Part shown: one piece after another, positions 51,241 to 61,596 of the stretch
Layout of the letters: every line of letters begins with the position of its first letter
Numbering within the stretch: position 1 is the first letter of the stretch
NCBI GenBank assembly: GCA_902505605.1
Contig: CABWKN010000093.1
Span: forward strand, 266-64,265
DNA length: 64,000 nucleotides
Reading direction: 5' to 3'
Source: Candidatus Guanabacterium sedimentis
Lineage (GTDB): Bacteria > Acidobacteriota > B3-B38 > Guanabaribacteriales > B3-B38
Notes under the pieces: generated by a model
Told to the model about the DNA's origin: nothing
The model's input: only the letters and a program-made list of their open reading frames with translations
The model's database searches: none
Program-made: the position numbers and the translations under genes

Positions 51241-52368
51241 ATGGCAAAAAAAATATTGCTGGCAGATGATAGTTTGACCATTCACCGGGTAGTAGAGCTT
51301 ACCTTTGCAGAGGAAGATTTTGAGCTAATTGCTGCCAGGGATGGAAAACAGGCATTGGAAAAAATCAGAGAAGTCAATCCCGACCTCATAATAGCTGATG
51401 TAAACATGCCAGAAATGGATGGATACGACCTTTGCCAGGAGGTTAAGATGAACCCGGCATTTTCCCATATTCCGGTTATGCTGTTGAAAGGGACATTCGA
51501 ACCGTTCGATGAAGAGAGAGCGAAAAGCGTGAGATACGATGGGATAATCTCCAAGCCTTTTCAGTCAAAGAACTTTATTGCCAAAGTCAAGGAGGTCTTG
51601 TCCGCTTTTAAGCCCATAAGTGAGCCTCCATTAGCTGAGGAAAGGGAGGTTACTGTGGAAGAACCGATCAGCGAAGAAGAAGTGGCAAAAGAAGCCCCAG
51701 AGGAGGTAAGCGAGAAGCCAATAGAGGAAGAAAAAATTAAAGAGGAGATTGAGGTTGAAGAGGAGAAAGAGCTGGAGGAAGCAATGTATAAAATCGAGGA
51801 GCCATCCATTGAGGAAGAAAAAGAGTTTTTGGAGCTGTTAGAGGAAAAGGACGAAGTATCCAAATTGGAGCCTGAACCAGAAAAAGAGGAAATACCGGCA
51901 GAAAAGATAGAGGAAAAACCTTCTCCCCCTGAAGAAGTTGAGACCAAGGAGGTAAAAGTAGAGGAAATGGAAGAAATCAAGATAGAGGAACTCGAAGAAG
52001 AAAAAGTCGAAAAACCTGAGGTTCCCTCAATTGAAGAGGCTGAAGTTGAAATAGAAGTAGAAGCCCCTGTTAAAGAGGAAGAAGCCAAAGAGGAGATTAT
52101 CATCCAGGAGGAGGAGCAGGAAGAGGTGGAGGTGCCTCCTGTGTCAGAGGAGGAAATCCCTATTGTAGAAGAACCCCAGCCTGATGTGGAGGAGCCAGCG
52201 CCAGAAGAAAAGCCAATTGCCCTTTCTGAGGAAGATATAGAAACCATTGTCAAGAAGGTAATGGAGAGAGTGTCGGAGAAAGTAATCAGAGAGATTGCCT
52301 GGGAGGTGGTCCCCGAGCTATCTGAAGAGTTGATAAAAAAGGCTATCGAAGAAATCAAGGAAGAATAG
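51241..52368 (+). CDS. Single-domain response regulator (CheY-like receiver) with a roughly 200-aa Glu-rich low-complexity linker and a short conserved-looking C-terminal helix
   Basis: ILLADDSLTIHRVV...ADVNMPEMDGYDL...ISKPF receiver motifs. The tail is about 45% Glu. Last ~45 aa: DIETIVKKVMERVSEKVIREIAWEVVPELSEELIKKAIEEI. Confidence 0.75.
   Translation: MAKKILLADDSLTIHRVVELTFAEEDFELIAARDGKQALEKIREVNPDLIIADVNMPEMDGYDLCQEVKMNPAFSHIPVMLLKGTFEPFDEERAKSVRYDGIISKPFQSKNFIAKVKEVLSAFKPISEPPLAEEREVTVEEPISEEEVAKEAPEEVSEKPIEEEKIKEEIEVEEEKELEEAMYKIEEPSIEEEKEFLELLEEKDEVSKLEPEPEKEEIPAEKIEEKPSPPEEVETKEVKVEEMEEIKIEELEEEKVEKPEVPSIEEAEVEIEVEAPVKEEEAKEEIIIQEEEQEEVEVPPVSEEEIPIVEEPQPDVEEPAPEEKPIALSEEDIETIVKKVMERVSEKVIREIAWEVVPELSEELIKKAIEEIKEE
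51616..52231 (+). repeat. Low-complexity GAR-codon (Glu/Lys-rich) coding repeat inside the response regulator gene
   Basis: Long runs of gag/gaa/aaa codons read directly. They produce a spurious Ser-rich antisense ORF. Confidence 0.7.
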
Positions 52369-52552
52369 ACGGGCAAACAAGGTGTAATCTATTAGAACCC
52401 AAATCCTGAGAGGTTGGCATTTACTATAAATAAAGAGAAGAATCCTTTTTCCGAAAGGATAACAATAAAAAGAGTAGGTGAGAAAACCTACTTTTTTTCT
52501 TTTATGGGTATCGTGATATAATTAGAAAAAGAAAGAGCAGGTATACAGATAG

Positions 52553-55210
52553 ATGGAGCTGAGTAAATCGTACGACCCCAAAAAGGTTGAAGAGAAGTGG
52601 TATGCCTACTGGTTGGAAAACAGTCTTTTCCGGGCGAATGCCAATTCAGCTCGCAGGCCTTTCTCTATAGTAATCCCGCCCCCTAATGTAACCGGTGCAC
52701 TTCATATCGGGCATGCCCTCAATAATACCCTGCAGGACATCATAGTTCGCTGGAAAAGGATGCAGGGCTACGATACCCTCTGGCTTCCCGGTACCGACCA
52801 TGCTGGGATAACCACCCAGAATGTGGTAGAGAAGCACCTGGCTACAAAGGGTTTGCACCGAAGTAAGCTTGGCAGGGAGGAGTTTGAAAAAGAGGTCTGG
52901 CGATGGAAGGAAAAAAGCGAAAAAGTTATCATCCGCCAGCTTCAGAAGTTAGGGGCTTCATTAGATTGGTCACGAAACAGATTTACACTGGATGAGGGTC
53001 TCTCCAGAGCGGTGCGGCAGGTCTTCGTTGAACTTTATAATGAGGGTCTTATCTACCGGGATAAATATATTGTAAATTGGTGTCCTCGCTGCAAATCGGC
53101 TATCTCCGACCTGGAAGTGGACCATGTGGATGTGCCGGGCCAACTTTACTATATAAAGTATCCCATTATAGGAACCGATAAGCATGTGGTTATTGCCACC
53201 ACCAGGCCGGAGACCATGCTGGGTGACACTGCACTGGCAGTCCATCCCAAAGATAAAAGGTTCGCCTGGCTCGATGGGAAGAAAGCTCTCCTTCCCCTGG
53301 TTGGTCGAGAAATTCCTATCATAAAAGATTCCTATGTGGATCGCGAGTTCGGAACCGGCACTATGAAAGTGACTCCTGCCCATGACCCTCTCGACTTCCA
53401 GGCTGGTCTGCGGCATAACCTCCCTCAGATACTCATCTTTGATGAAGAGGGAAGGATGAACGAGAATGCCGGCAAGTTCAAGGATTTGGATAGATTCCAG
53501 TGCCGTGAGGAGTTAGTGAGAGAACTTAAAGAAAAGGGATACCTCCTGAAAGTGGAGGACTATAGGCATGCCGTAGGGCATTGCGATAGATGCCGCACAG
53601 TGGTGGAGCCTTATCTATCAACGCAATGGTTCGTGAGAATCAAGCCCTTAGCAGAAGAAGCCTTAGAGGTTGTACAGAAAGGTAAGATTAAATTTATCCC
53701 CTTCCCCTGGACGAAGACATATTACGAGTGGATGACCAACATTCACGATTGGTGCATCTCGCGCCAGTTATGGTGGGGGCATCGTATTCCGGTGTGGCAT
53801 TGCCGCGATTGTCAGGAGATTATTGTGGCGTTAGAAGAGCCGAAACAATGCAATAAGTGTAGTAGTTCCCGTATCTATCAAGATGAAGATGTTCTCGATA
53901 CCTGGTTCAGTTCAGCTCTGTGGCCATTCTCCACCCTCGGATGGCCTGAGAAGACCAAGGATTTGGAAAGATATTATCCAACCACTTTGTTGATAACCGG
54001 CTTCGATATCCTTTTCTTCTGGGTTGCCAGAATGATAATGATGGGAACCAAGTTCATGAAAGCGGTCCCCTTCCACACGGTATATTTTAATGGACTCATT
54101 AGAGATGAACACGGGGATAAGATGAGCAAGTCCAAAGGGAATGTTATTGACTTGCTTGAGGTAATAGATAAATACGGTGCTGACGCCGTCAGGTTTACCT
54201 TAGCAATTATGGCTGCTCCAGGAGTGGATATACCGCTCTCTGAGGGCAGGATGGCTGGGTATCGGGCATTTACCAATAAGCTATGGAATGCCACCCGCTT
54301 TGTCATGCTCAACATAAGCCTTGAGGAAAACTTAACATCTTACAGCAAGTCGGAACTTACCCTGATAGATAGATGGATGAAGAGCCGACTCAATACCGTA
54401 GTGAACGAGGTGAACCAGAACCTGGAGAAATTCCGCTTCCACGAAGCATCTCACACCCTCTACCACTTCATCTGGCACGAGTTCTGCGACTGGTATATTG
54501 AGATGATAAAGCCTCACCTCTCTCACGACCAAGCCAGCCAGCGGCGGAGGCAAGTTGCCAAAGCCATCTTGGTGGAGATTTTCGAGGAGTTAGTGCGTCT
54601 AATTCACCCCTTTATGCCATTTATTACTGAGGAGATATGGCAAAGACTTCCTCACAAAGGTATCTCCATTGCCGCCGCTGAGTACCCCACATATAAGCGC
54701 GATGCCTATGATGAGGAAGCTGAGCAGAAGCAGGGTGCTCTTATGGAGCTGGTAGCCAAGGTGAGAAATATCAGAGCGGAGATGAACATACCACCCTCCA
54801 GATTGATAGACCTGTATTTGGGCATTAAGGATAATCTTTTCAGGGAATTCTTAGAGGAACATAAGGTCCATATTATTAACCTGGCGAGGGTTAAATCTCT
54901 CCATATCGCCCCGTTGCTGCCTCCTATAGAGAGGTGCGCTCGGGGCGTGGTACCCTATGTGGAAATTGCCCTCCCCCTGGCAGGGCTCATAGATTTTGAG
55001 GTAGAACGGCAAAGGCTTCAGAAAGAGATAGCCAGGATAAATGAGGATTTAGTGGCTTTGCGTAAGAAACTCAACAGAAAAGAGTTTCTCACCAAAGCTC
55101 CCTCTGAAGTAGTAGCCAATAACAAAGAGCGATATCGCAGTCTTGAAGAGCGGCTGGCAAAGATGACCGATAGTTTGAGGGTTTTATCAGACCCTGAGAA
55201 GGAGGATTAA
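52553..55210 (+). CDS. valS: Valyl-tRNA synthetase
   Basis: 885 aa. PPPNVTGALHIGHAL and KMSKSKGN motifs. C-terminal coiled coil. Confidence 0.9.
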   Translation: MELSKSYDPKKVEEKWYAYWLENSLFRANANSARRPFSIVIPPPNVTGALHIGHALNNTLQDIIVRWKRMQGYDTLWLPGTDHAGITTQNVVEKHLATKGLHRSKLGREEFEKEVWRWKEKSEKVIIRQLQKLGASLDWSRNRFTLDEGLSRAVRQVFVELYNEGLIYRDKYIVNWCPRCKSAISDLEVDHVDVPGQLYYIKYPIIGTDKHVVIATTRPETMLGDTALAVHPKDKRFAWLDGKKALLPLVGREIPIIKDSYVDREFGTGTMKVTPAHDPLDFQAGLRHNLPQILIFDEEGRMNENAGKFKDLDRFQCREELVRELKEKGYLLKVEDYRHAVGHCDRCRTVVEPYLSTQWFVRIKPLAEEALEVVQKGKIKFIPFPWTKTYYEWMTNIHDWCISRQLWWGHRIPVWHCRDCQEIIVALEEPKQCNKCSSSRIYQDEDVLDTWFSSALWPFSTLGWPEKTKDLERYYPTTLLITGFDILFFWVARMIMMGTKFMKAVPFHTVYFNGLIRDEHGDKMSKSKGNVIDLLEVIDKYGADAVRFTLAIMAAPGVDIPLSEGRMAGYRAFTNKLWNATRFVMLNISLEENLTSYSKSELTLIDRWMKSRLNTVVNEVNQNLEKFRFHEASHTLYHFIWHEFCDWYIEMIKPHLSHDQASQRRRQVAKAILVEIFEELVRLIHPFMPFITEEIWQRLPHKGISIAAAEYPTYKRDAYDEEAEQKQGALMELVAKVRNIRAEMNIPPSRLIDLYLGIKDNLFREFLEEHKVHIINLARVKSLHIAPLLPPIERCARGVVPYVEIALPLAGLIDFEVERQRLQKEIARINEDLVALRKKLNRKEFLTKAPSEVVANNKERYRSLEERLAKMTDSLRVLSDPEKED

Positions 55211-55212
55211 CT

Positions 55213-56055
55213 TTGGTAAAGTTAAACCCCTTTATTATTAACAAAATAGTGAGAGAAGCCTTGGAAGAGGATATTGGTCGTGGCGACATCACCACAGATG
55301 CCCTCATAGATTCGGCAATCAAGGTCAAAGGGGAGTTCATACCAAAAGATGACTTCGTCCTGGCAGGATTCGAGGTAGCCAAGCGGGTTTTCACCGAGCT
55401 GGACCCCGAAGTAAAATTCACCTGCTCATATAAGGAAGGTGACTGGATTTATAAGGGAGGATATTATTTCGCCCTGGCGCAGGGGAGAGCTTCCTCTCTG
55501 CTTAAAGCAGAGCGGGTTGCCCTCAATTTTTTACAGCACACCTGCGGCATTGCCACTCTAACCCGCAGGTTTGTGGAGGCAGTCAAAGATTTGCCGGTAA
55601 TAATTCTGGATACCAGAAAGACCACACCCGGCTTGCGTCACTTGGAGAGGTATGCAGTATGGGTCGGAGGGGGGAGGAACCATCGCTATAACCTGAGCGA
55701 TGGAGTGCTAATTAAAGAGAATCACCTGAGTATCACCAGAGGGGTCGCCCCTACTATCTCTAACTTGAAACAGAAGTCTCCCTTCTTGACCAAGATAGAA
55801 ATTGAGGTGACAAACCTCAGGCAATTCAAGGAGGCTATAGAGGCGGGTGCCGAGGTCATCATGCTCGATAATATGGGAGTGGAAGAGGTCAAGGAAGCGG
55901 TGAAAATAGCTAAAGGCAAGGTTCTGCTGGAGGTATCCGGGGGGATAACCCTCGACAATGTCCGTCAGTATGCTGCCACCGGGGTGAACTACATTTCGGT
56001 GGGTGACTTAACTCACGCCCCCTGGGTGGATATCAGCTTTATTATCGTATCTTGA
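55213..56055 (+). CDS. nadC: Nicotinate-nucleotide pyrophosphorylase (quinolinate phosphoribosyltransferase)
   Basis: TTG start with AAGGAGG RBS. GRGDITTDALI and IMLDNM motifs. Confidence 0.85.
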   Translation: MVKLNPFIINKIVREALEEDIGRGDITTDALIDSAIKVKGEFIPKDDFVLAGFEVAKRVFTELDPEVKFTCSYKEGDWIYKGGYYFALAQGRASSLLKAERVALNFLQHTCGIATLTRRFVEAVKDLPVIILDTRKTTPGLRHLERYAVWVGGGRNHRYNLSDGVLIKENHLSITRGVAPTISNLKQKSPFLTKIEIEVTNLRQFKEAIEAGAEVIMLDNMGVEEVKEAVKIAKGKVLLEVSGGITLDNVRQYAATGVNYISVGDLTHAPWVDISFIIVS

Positions 56056-56074
56056 ACCTATTTGGCGGAATCTT

Positions 56075-56893
56075 ATGGAACAGAGCTTAACTTTTCTCAA
56101 GCCTTCCCTGATAAGGTCTCAGCTTGCTACCGAGATAATCGGGAAGCGGATCATCTATTTAAGAAGCGTCGATTCTACCAATGCCTGTGCCCTGGAGATG
56201 GCTGCCAGAGGAATACCAGAGGGCACCGTGGTCGTAGCTGAGCAGCAGACCCGCGGGAAAGGGAGGTTGGGAAGGCAGTGGCACTCCCCCCCGGGTAAAG
56301 GTATATATCTATCCATTGTGCTTCGTCCCCGCATAAAAGTTGAATTTCTCACACATTTTAGCATTATCTCTGCCCTGGCAGTGGCTGAGACGGTAGAGGG
56401 ACTGTCACCTTTGACACCTGACATTAAGTGGCCTAACGATGTCCTCCTGCAAAATAAGAAGGTAGCTGGGGTGCTGGTGGAGCTTGGTTCCGAAAACGAT
56501 TCTGTAAGCTATCTGATTGTAGGAATAGGGATTAACCTTTTCCAGAAGGAAGATGATTTCCCTGATGAGTTGAGAGATAAAGCTACTTCCATATTGATTG
56601 AAGGGGGAAAAGTGTCCTGTCGTGAGGAGGTAGTAGTAAAGCTTCTGCAGAATTTCGACCATTGGTACAAAGTTCTGTTAACCTCAGGAGTTACACCTAT
56701 TCTGGAAAGATGGAAGGACTACTCGCACCGCTGGATAGGGAAGGAAGTAAAGGTAGTTACTCCCGAAGGGGAGTTTTTCGGCATCAGCGAGGGAGTGGGA
56801 GATGACGGGAGGTTTCTGGTGAGAAAAGGGGATGGCGAACTCAAAGAGGTCTGGGCAGCCGATATAGTCTCCCTTCAGGAGGTGAATAAATAG
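56075..56893 (+). CDS. birA: Biotin-[acetyl-CoA-carboxylase] ligase (group I, no HTH domain)
   Basis: EQQTRGKGRLGRQWHSPPGKGIYLSIVLRP biotin-binding loop motif. Confidence 0.85.
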   Translation: MEQSLTFLKPSLIRSQLATEIIGKRIIYLRSVDSTNACALEMAARGIPEGTVVVAEQQTRGKGRLGRQWHSPPGKGIYLSIVLRPRIKVEFLTHFSIISALAVAETVEGLSPLTPDIKWPNDVLLQNKKVAGVLVELGSENDSVSYLIVGIGINLFQKEDDFPDELRDKATSILIEGGKVSCREEVVVKLLQNFDHWYKVLLTSGVTPILERWKDYSHRWIGKEVKVVTPEGEFFGISEGVGDDGRFLVRKGDGELKEVWAADIVSLQEVNK

Positions 56894-57681
56894 TGCTGTT
56901 GGCGCTGGATGTGGGTAATACCAGCACGATGCTGGGAGTTTTTGAAGGGAAAAAGTTGCTTTATCGCTGGCGATTAGCCACCATCAAGAACCGCACTGTT
57001 GATGAGTATGGGATATTGATTGCCAACCTCTTCTCTTCTCGGGGAGTTCCTCGGGAGAAGATCGACGCCCTGATTATCGCCTGCGTAGTTCCTCCCCTTA
57101 TGGGGGCCTTGGAGGGAATGTCGCATAAATATTTCTCCCTCACCCCTTTAATAGTGCAACCCGGCATCAAAACCGGGATGCCCATTCTGGCTGAGAATCC
57201 CTCAGAAGTGGGTGCCGACCGGATTGTCAACGGCGTAGCAGCTTACAGCAAATACGGGGGACCTGTGATTGTGGTTGATTTCGGTACAGCTACCACCTTT
57301 GACGCTATTTCTGTCAAGGGTGAATACTTAGGGGGTGTGATCGCCCCTGGCATCTCTATATCTGCTGAGGCGCTGTTTCAGGAGACGGCTAAGCTTCCTC
57401 GGGTGGACATCAGGAAGCCGGAGACTGTCATCGGCAAGAACACCATAGCCAGCATGCAGTCGGGGCTTTTTTATGGTTATATAGGTATGGTAGAGGTAAT
57501 TATAAAGAAGATAGAAAAGGAGCTGGGGCAGCCCTCTTTTGTGGTGGCTACGGGAGGATGGGTGGACATCATCGCCAAAGAGATTAAGCTGATAAAAAAA
57601 GTCGATGAAAACCTCACCCTGGATGGCTTAAGAATCATCTATGAGAGAAACCGGGAGCAGCTCCTCATTAAAAGAGGATAA
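56893..57681 (+). CDS. coaX: Type III pantothenate kinase
   Basis: MLLALDVGNTSTMLGVF start. Overlaps the birA stop, which is the conserved birA-coaX pairing. Confidence 0.9.
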   Translation: MLLALDVGNTSTMLGVFEGKKLLYRWRLATIKNRTVDEYGILIANLFSSRGVPREKIDALIIACVVPPLMGALEGMSHKYFSLTPLIVQPGIKTGMPILAENPSEVGADRIVNGVAAYSKYGGPVIVVDFGTATTFDAISVKGEYLGGVIAPGISISAEALFQETAKLPRVDIRKPETVIGKNTIASMQSGLFYGYIGMVEVIIKKIEKELGQPSFVVATGGWVDIIAKEIKLIKKVDENLTLDGLRIIYERNREQLLIKRG

Positions 57682-57896
57682 AGCCGCTGATTTATAGAAT
57701 AGGAGCTATCTTATTGCTCTCTCTTTTTTATGATGTAATCGCTATGAGGAAACTTCAGGATATTTACATTGATAATTTTTATCGCTAACTGATAATACTT
57801 TTTATACTCCCTTTTTAAAGCCCTTTCACAGAGGACGAGCTTGTGCAAATGAAAATAAGCTCTCTTCGTGCAGGAAGGGAGTGGATTTAAATCCCG

Positions 57897-59060
57897 GTGA
57901 AACTATCCTTGACTTTATCTATGAGGAATCCTTCAGCTCAAAGGAGACTCCTTCCTCTGGCTTCCCTTATCTTCTCTGTGGGAATAATATTCAGTTCGCC
58001 CTATATAGGTATGCTGAGGGATTATTTATCGTCATCTTTCGGGGACTACTTCAATCTTTTCATCTATATCCTGCTGGGAACCGTCTTTATTAATGTGGCT
58101 CTTTTTCTGTCTGCTCATATCAAAACAGAGAGGCTGAAGAGGTATTCGGCAGCGGGGGCAGTAGCTTTATCCCTCCTCCTTATACGTCGAGCTCTGATTA
58201 GCCCGGACAGCCGCGTTGCCTTGATCGAGCTTATCCACCTTGCCGAATATGGGATTCTTAGCCTGCTGATTTTTTATTCACTCAAGGGAAGGCTCAGCAA
58301 CCGTCTCGCCTGCTGCTGGAGCCTAATGTTGACCACCATGGTCGGGATGAGCGATGAGGGACTGCAGTGGCTCCTCTCCTCCAGGGTAGGGGAGCTCAGA
58401 GATCTGGCTATAGATTCTTCCGGCGGGATGATAGGGCAACTATTCCTCTTTCTGGTTATCTATCCCAGCAGGGTAAAGTATAAAGCTTCCTTTCGACACA
58501 TCCGCTCCTTTTATCTGGGGCTGGCTCTCTTCATTTTATTAGGGGGGTTATTCATTGACCAGGTGCAGAGGGGATATTGGATTGAGGACAGCACCATTGG
58601 CAGGTTTAAATCCCGCTTTACCTCCTCCAAACTACACCAACTCCAGGAGAGGCGCCTTAGCATATGGTCTGGTAATCCTCTGCTGCTGAGAGAGATATCA
58701 GACAGTGAAAGGGAAACCCTCTGGCGGATGGAAGATTTCTATCTCACAGAAGCCCGCTGCCATACCCGCTGGCGGAACCAGCATGAAGAAGAGAGAGATT
58801 TATATCGGGCTGTAAAGGAGAACCTTATTTTGACGAAATGGTACCACCCTTATATATCGCTGACTCATCAGCAGTGGGAGAGAAGACGGATGCAAGATTA
58901 TCTGAAGAAGGTAGGCCAGCAGAGGGAGCAGCCTTATATTAGCATCTGTTTTAGGTATCTTTATCACCTCCCTCGCAGGTCTGTTTACTGGCTGCTGGTC
59001 TTTATTCTGGCAGGTTCCCCTTTTTCCCTCGCCTTCTGGCGGAGGAGAGAAGGGAGCTAA
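57897..59060 (+). CDS. Membrane protein: N-terminal VanZ-like domain fused to a roughly 190-aa Trp/Arg-rich C-terminal domain of unknown function
   Basis: ELIHLAEYGILSLLIFYSL and DLAIDSSGGMIGQLF match VanZ family motifs. The C-terminal half is not recognisable. The start is ambiguous (GTG 57897 or ATG 57921). Confidence 0.5.
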   Translation: MKLSLTLSMRNPSAQRRLLPLASLIFSVGIIFSSPYIGMLRDYLSSSFGDYFNLFIYILLGTVFINVALFLSAHIKTERLKRYSAAGAVALSLLLIRRALISPDSRVALIELIHLAEYGILSLLIFYSLKGRLSNRLACCWSLMLTTMVGMSDEGLQWLLSSRVGELRDLAIDSSGGMIGQLFLFLVIYPSRVKYKASFRHIRSFYLGLALFILLGGLFIDQVQRGYWIEDSTIGRFKSRFTSSKLHQLQERRLSIWSGNPLLLREISDSERETLWRMEDFYLTEARCHTRWRNQHEEERDLYRAVKENLILTKWYHPYISLTHQQWERRRMQDYLKKVGQQREQPYISICFRYLYHLPRRSVYWLLVFILAGSPFSLAFWRRREGS

Positions 59061-59078
59061 GACAAAGGATTTACAAAA

Positions 59079-60254
59079 ATGGCGCTCATTGACAGAGTTA
59101 TCCTGATAATAATAGACGGCTTTGGCGTGGGGGAGCTGCCCGACGCCTCCCAATATGGTGACCAGGGAAGCGATACCATGGGACATATCGCCTCCGAGGT
59201 AGGGCTCAAGATTCCGCATATGCAAAATCTGGGTATAGGAAATATAAAAAAGATAGCGGGTATAACTCCAGCAAAAGCTCCCCTCGCCTCATTTGGCATG
59301 ATGGCGGAAAGATCTACCGGGAAGGACACTACCAGCGGTCATTGGGAACTAATGGGAGTGGTTCTTGACCGACCCTTTCCCACCTATCCAGAGGGCTTTC
59401 CTCCGGAGATTATCCTCCCCTTTGAAAAGGCAATCGGAAGCAAGATTTTGTGGAATCGTCCGGCTTCGGGTACCGAGATAATCAAAAAGCTGGGGCAGGA
59501 GCACCTCCACACCGGCTGCCCCATTGTCTATACCTCAGCGGATAGTGTGTTTCAGATAGCTGCCCACAAAGATGTGATACTCCTGAAAGAGCTTTATGAG
59601 ATGTGTCTCATTGCCCGGCGATTGCTGGTGGGGAAGCATGGGGTGGCCCGGGTTATTGCCAGACCCTTTATAGGTCAGCCTGGAAACTTCACCCGAACTC
59701 CCGAGCGGAGAGATTTCTCCCTTCCCCCTCCAGAGGAAACCCTATTGAATAAGCTGTCCCAGGCAGGATTGGAAGTTACTGGCATAGGCAAGGTGGAGGA
59801 CATATTTGCCGGCTCAGGGTTGACCAGAATAATTCATACCCGAAACAATGAGGAGGGAATGAAGCAGACTATGCGGCAAGCCAAAAAAAGAGAAAGTGGG
59901 CTCATCTTTACCACCCTTACCGACTTTGATACCCTCTATGGTCATAGAAACAATGCCCCCGGGTATGCCAAAGCACTGGAGGAGTTTGACGCCGTCTTGC
60001 CAGAGTTGGAGGAGGCCAAACATTCCGGGGACATGCTCATCATCACCTCCGACCACGGTTGCGACCCCACCACGCCCAGCACCGACCACTCCCGCGAGTA
60101 TGTTCCTCTTCTGGTATGGGGTGAAAGGGCAAAGCAAGGGGTCAACCTCGGCGTAAGAGCGAGCTTTGCCGATGTGGGGAAGACGATAGCTGATGTCTTT
60201 AAAATAAAAGGTCTTCCCCATGGCGAAAGCTTTCTGGATGATATTGCCCGTTAG
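59079..60254 (+). CDS. deoB: Phosphopentomutase
   Basis: [18 protein letters not shown] ... TSDHGCDPT metal-binding motifs. Confidence 0.85.
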   Translation: MALIDRVILIIIDGFGVGELPDASQYGDQGSDTMGHIASEVGLKIPHMQNLGIGNIKKIAGITPAKAPLASFGMMAERSTGKDTTSGHWELMGVVLDRPFPTYPEGFPPEIILPFEKAIGSKILWNRPASGTEIIKKLGQEHLHTGCPIVYTSADSVFQIAAHKDVILLKELYEMCLIARRLLVGKHGVARVIARPFIGQPGNFTRTPERRDFSLPPPEETLLNKLSQAGLEVTGIGKVEDIFAGSGLTRIIHTRNNEEGMKQTMRQAKKRESGLIFTTLTDFDTLYGHRNNAPGYAKALEEFDAVLPELEEAKHSGDMLIITSDHGCDPTTPSTDHSREYVPLLVWGERAKQGVNLGVRASFADVGKTIADVFKIKGLPHGESFLDDIAR

Positions 60255-60260
60255 CAGTCA

Positions 60261-61589
60261 TTGGAGGCATACCCTTTGAGCTTAAGGATGACCGAGCTGA
60301 TAGAAAAGAAGAAAAGAAGGGGCTCTTTATCTGCTGAAGAGCTGCGATTTATAGTTACCGGCTCTCTCAAAGGTGAGATACCCGACTATCAGTTAGCCGC
60401 CCTTTTCATGGCCATAAAGTTTCAAGGAATGGACCAAAGAGAAACAACCGATTTGACCAGGGAGATGCTGAACTCCGGTAAGGTTTTGGAACTTGAATCT
60501 ATTCCAGGAAAGAAGATAGATAAGCACAGCACTGGAGGAGTGGGGGACAAAGTCTCTCTCATTCTTGCACCTCTGGTAGCCTCAGCAGGAGTGGTGGTCC
60601 CTATGCTATCGGGTCGCGGTCTGGGGCATACCGGCGGAACTCTTGATAAGCTGGAGTCCATCCCCGGCTTCCAGACCACCCTTCCCATACCCCACTTTTT
60701 GAAGCAGCTATCCCACATAGGAGTGGGGATAATTGGGCAGTCAGGGGAGATAGCTCCGGCGGACAGGCTCTTCTATGCCCTGCGCGATGTTACCGGAACT
60801 GTGGACAGTATTCCCCTCATCACCGCCAGCATCCTGAGCAAGAAGCTGGCAGAAGGGGCTGAGGGATATGTCTTCGATGTGAAAGTGGGACAAGGAGCTT
60901 TTATGAAAACTGTGGAGGAAGCTCGAGCTTTGTCTTTTTCGCTGATCTCGGCTTCCTCGGAGATAGGGAAAAAGGCTTCCGCGTTGATTACCTCCATGGA
61001 GCAGCCCCTGGGAGAAATGGTAGGCAACACCTTAGAGGTAAAAGAGGCCATCGACACCCTGAAGGGGGGAGGGCCAACAGATTTAATTGAATTGACCCTG
61101 CAGCTGGGAGCGGAGATGTTGCTACTGGCAGGTACGGTCAGGAATATAGAGGATGGGCTTAAAATCCTCCAGGCTAAACTGCAAAGAGGGGAAGCTCTGG
61201 ACAGATTCCGGGAGATGGTCCGTTGGCAGGGTGCTGACCCTCGGGTGGTGGATGATTACCGTCAGCTTCCTCAAGCCAAGGAACGGTGGGAGATGAGAAG
61301 CCCTTCTGATGGGTATATATCCAAGCTGGACGCCTATGAGGTAGGTCTGGCAGTCAAGAGGCTGGGAGGTGGCAGGGAGAGCTTACAGCAGAAGATTGAC
61401 CCCACGGTTGGTATCATGTGCGTTAAGAGAATGGGGGAATGGATAAGAAAGGGTGAAATATTGATGGAGATATATTATAATAATTCACAACAGCTATCAA
61501 AAGTAATCGATGGTCTCTCGTCAGCGGTGGAATTATCGAAAGAAAGGGAGGCTCTGCCTTCTCTAATAAAAGAAAAAATCTCTCTCTAA
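60261..61589 (+). CDS. Thymidine/pyrimidine-nucleoside phosphorylase
   Basis: DKHSTGGVGDKVSLILAPLVAS phosphate-binding motif. The true start is probably the internal Met in MTELIEKK. Confidence 0.85.
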   Translation: MEAYPLSLRMTELIEKKKRRGSLSAEELRFIVTGSLKGEIPDYQLAALFMAIKFQGMDQRETTDLTREMLNSGKVLELESIPGKKIDKHSTGGVGDKVSLILAPLVASAGVVVPMLSGRGLGHTGGTLDKLESIPGFQTTLPIPHFLKQLSHIGVGIIGQSGEIAPADRLFYALRDVTGTVDSIPLITASILSKKLAEGAEGYVFDVKVGQGAFMKTVEEARALSFSLISASSEIGKKASALITSMEQPLGEMVGNTLEVKEAIDTLKGGGPTDLIELTLQLGAEMLLLAGTVRNIEDGLKILQAKLQRGEALDRFREMVRWQGADPRVVDDYRQLPQAKERWEMRSPSDGYISKLDAYEVGLAVKRLGGGRESLQQKIDPTVGIMCVKRMGEWIRKGEILMEIYYNNSQQLSKVIDGLSSAVELSKEREALPSLIKEKISL

Positions 61590-61596
61590 TCAGGAG

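Noticed and set aside
51561-52376. 271-aa Ser-rich ORF on the minus strand.
   Set aside because: It lies exactly antisense to the Glu-rich tail of the response regulator. It is the reverse-complement reading of GAG/GAA repeats (CTC/TTC). It has no RBS, and the sense gene has a clear receiver domain.
57881-58093. 70-aa ORF in another frame at the VanZ-like gene start.
   Set aside because: It overlaps the longer, motif-supported VanZ-like reading frame. It probably reflects start-codon ambiguity only.
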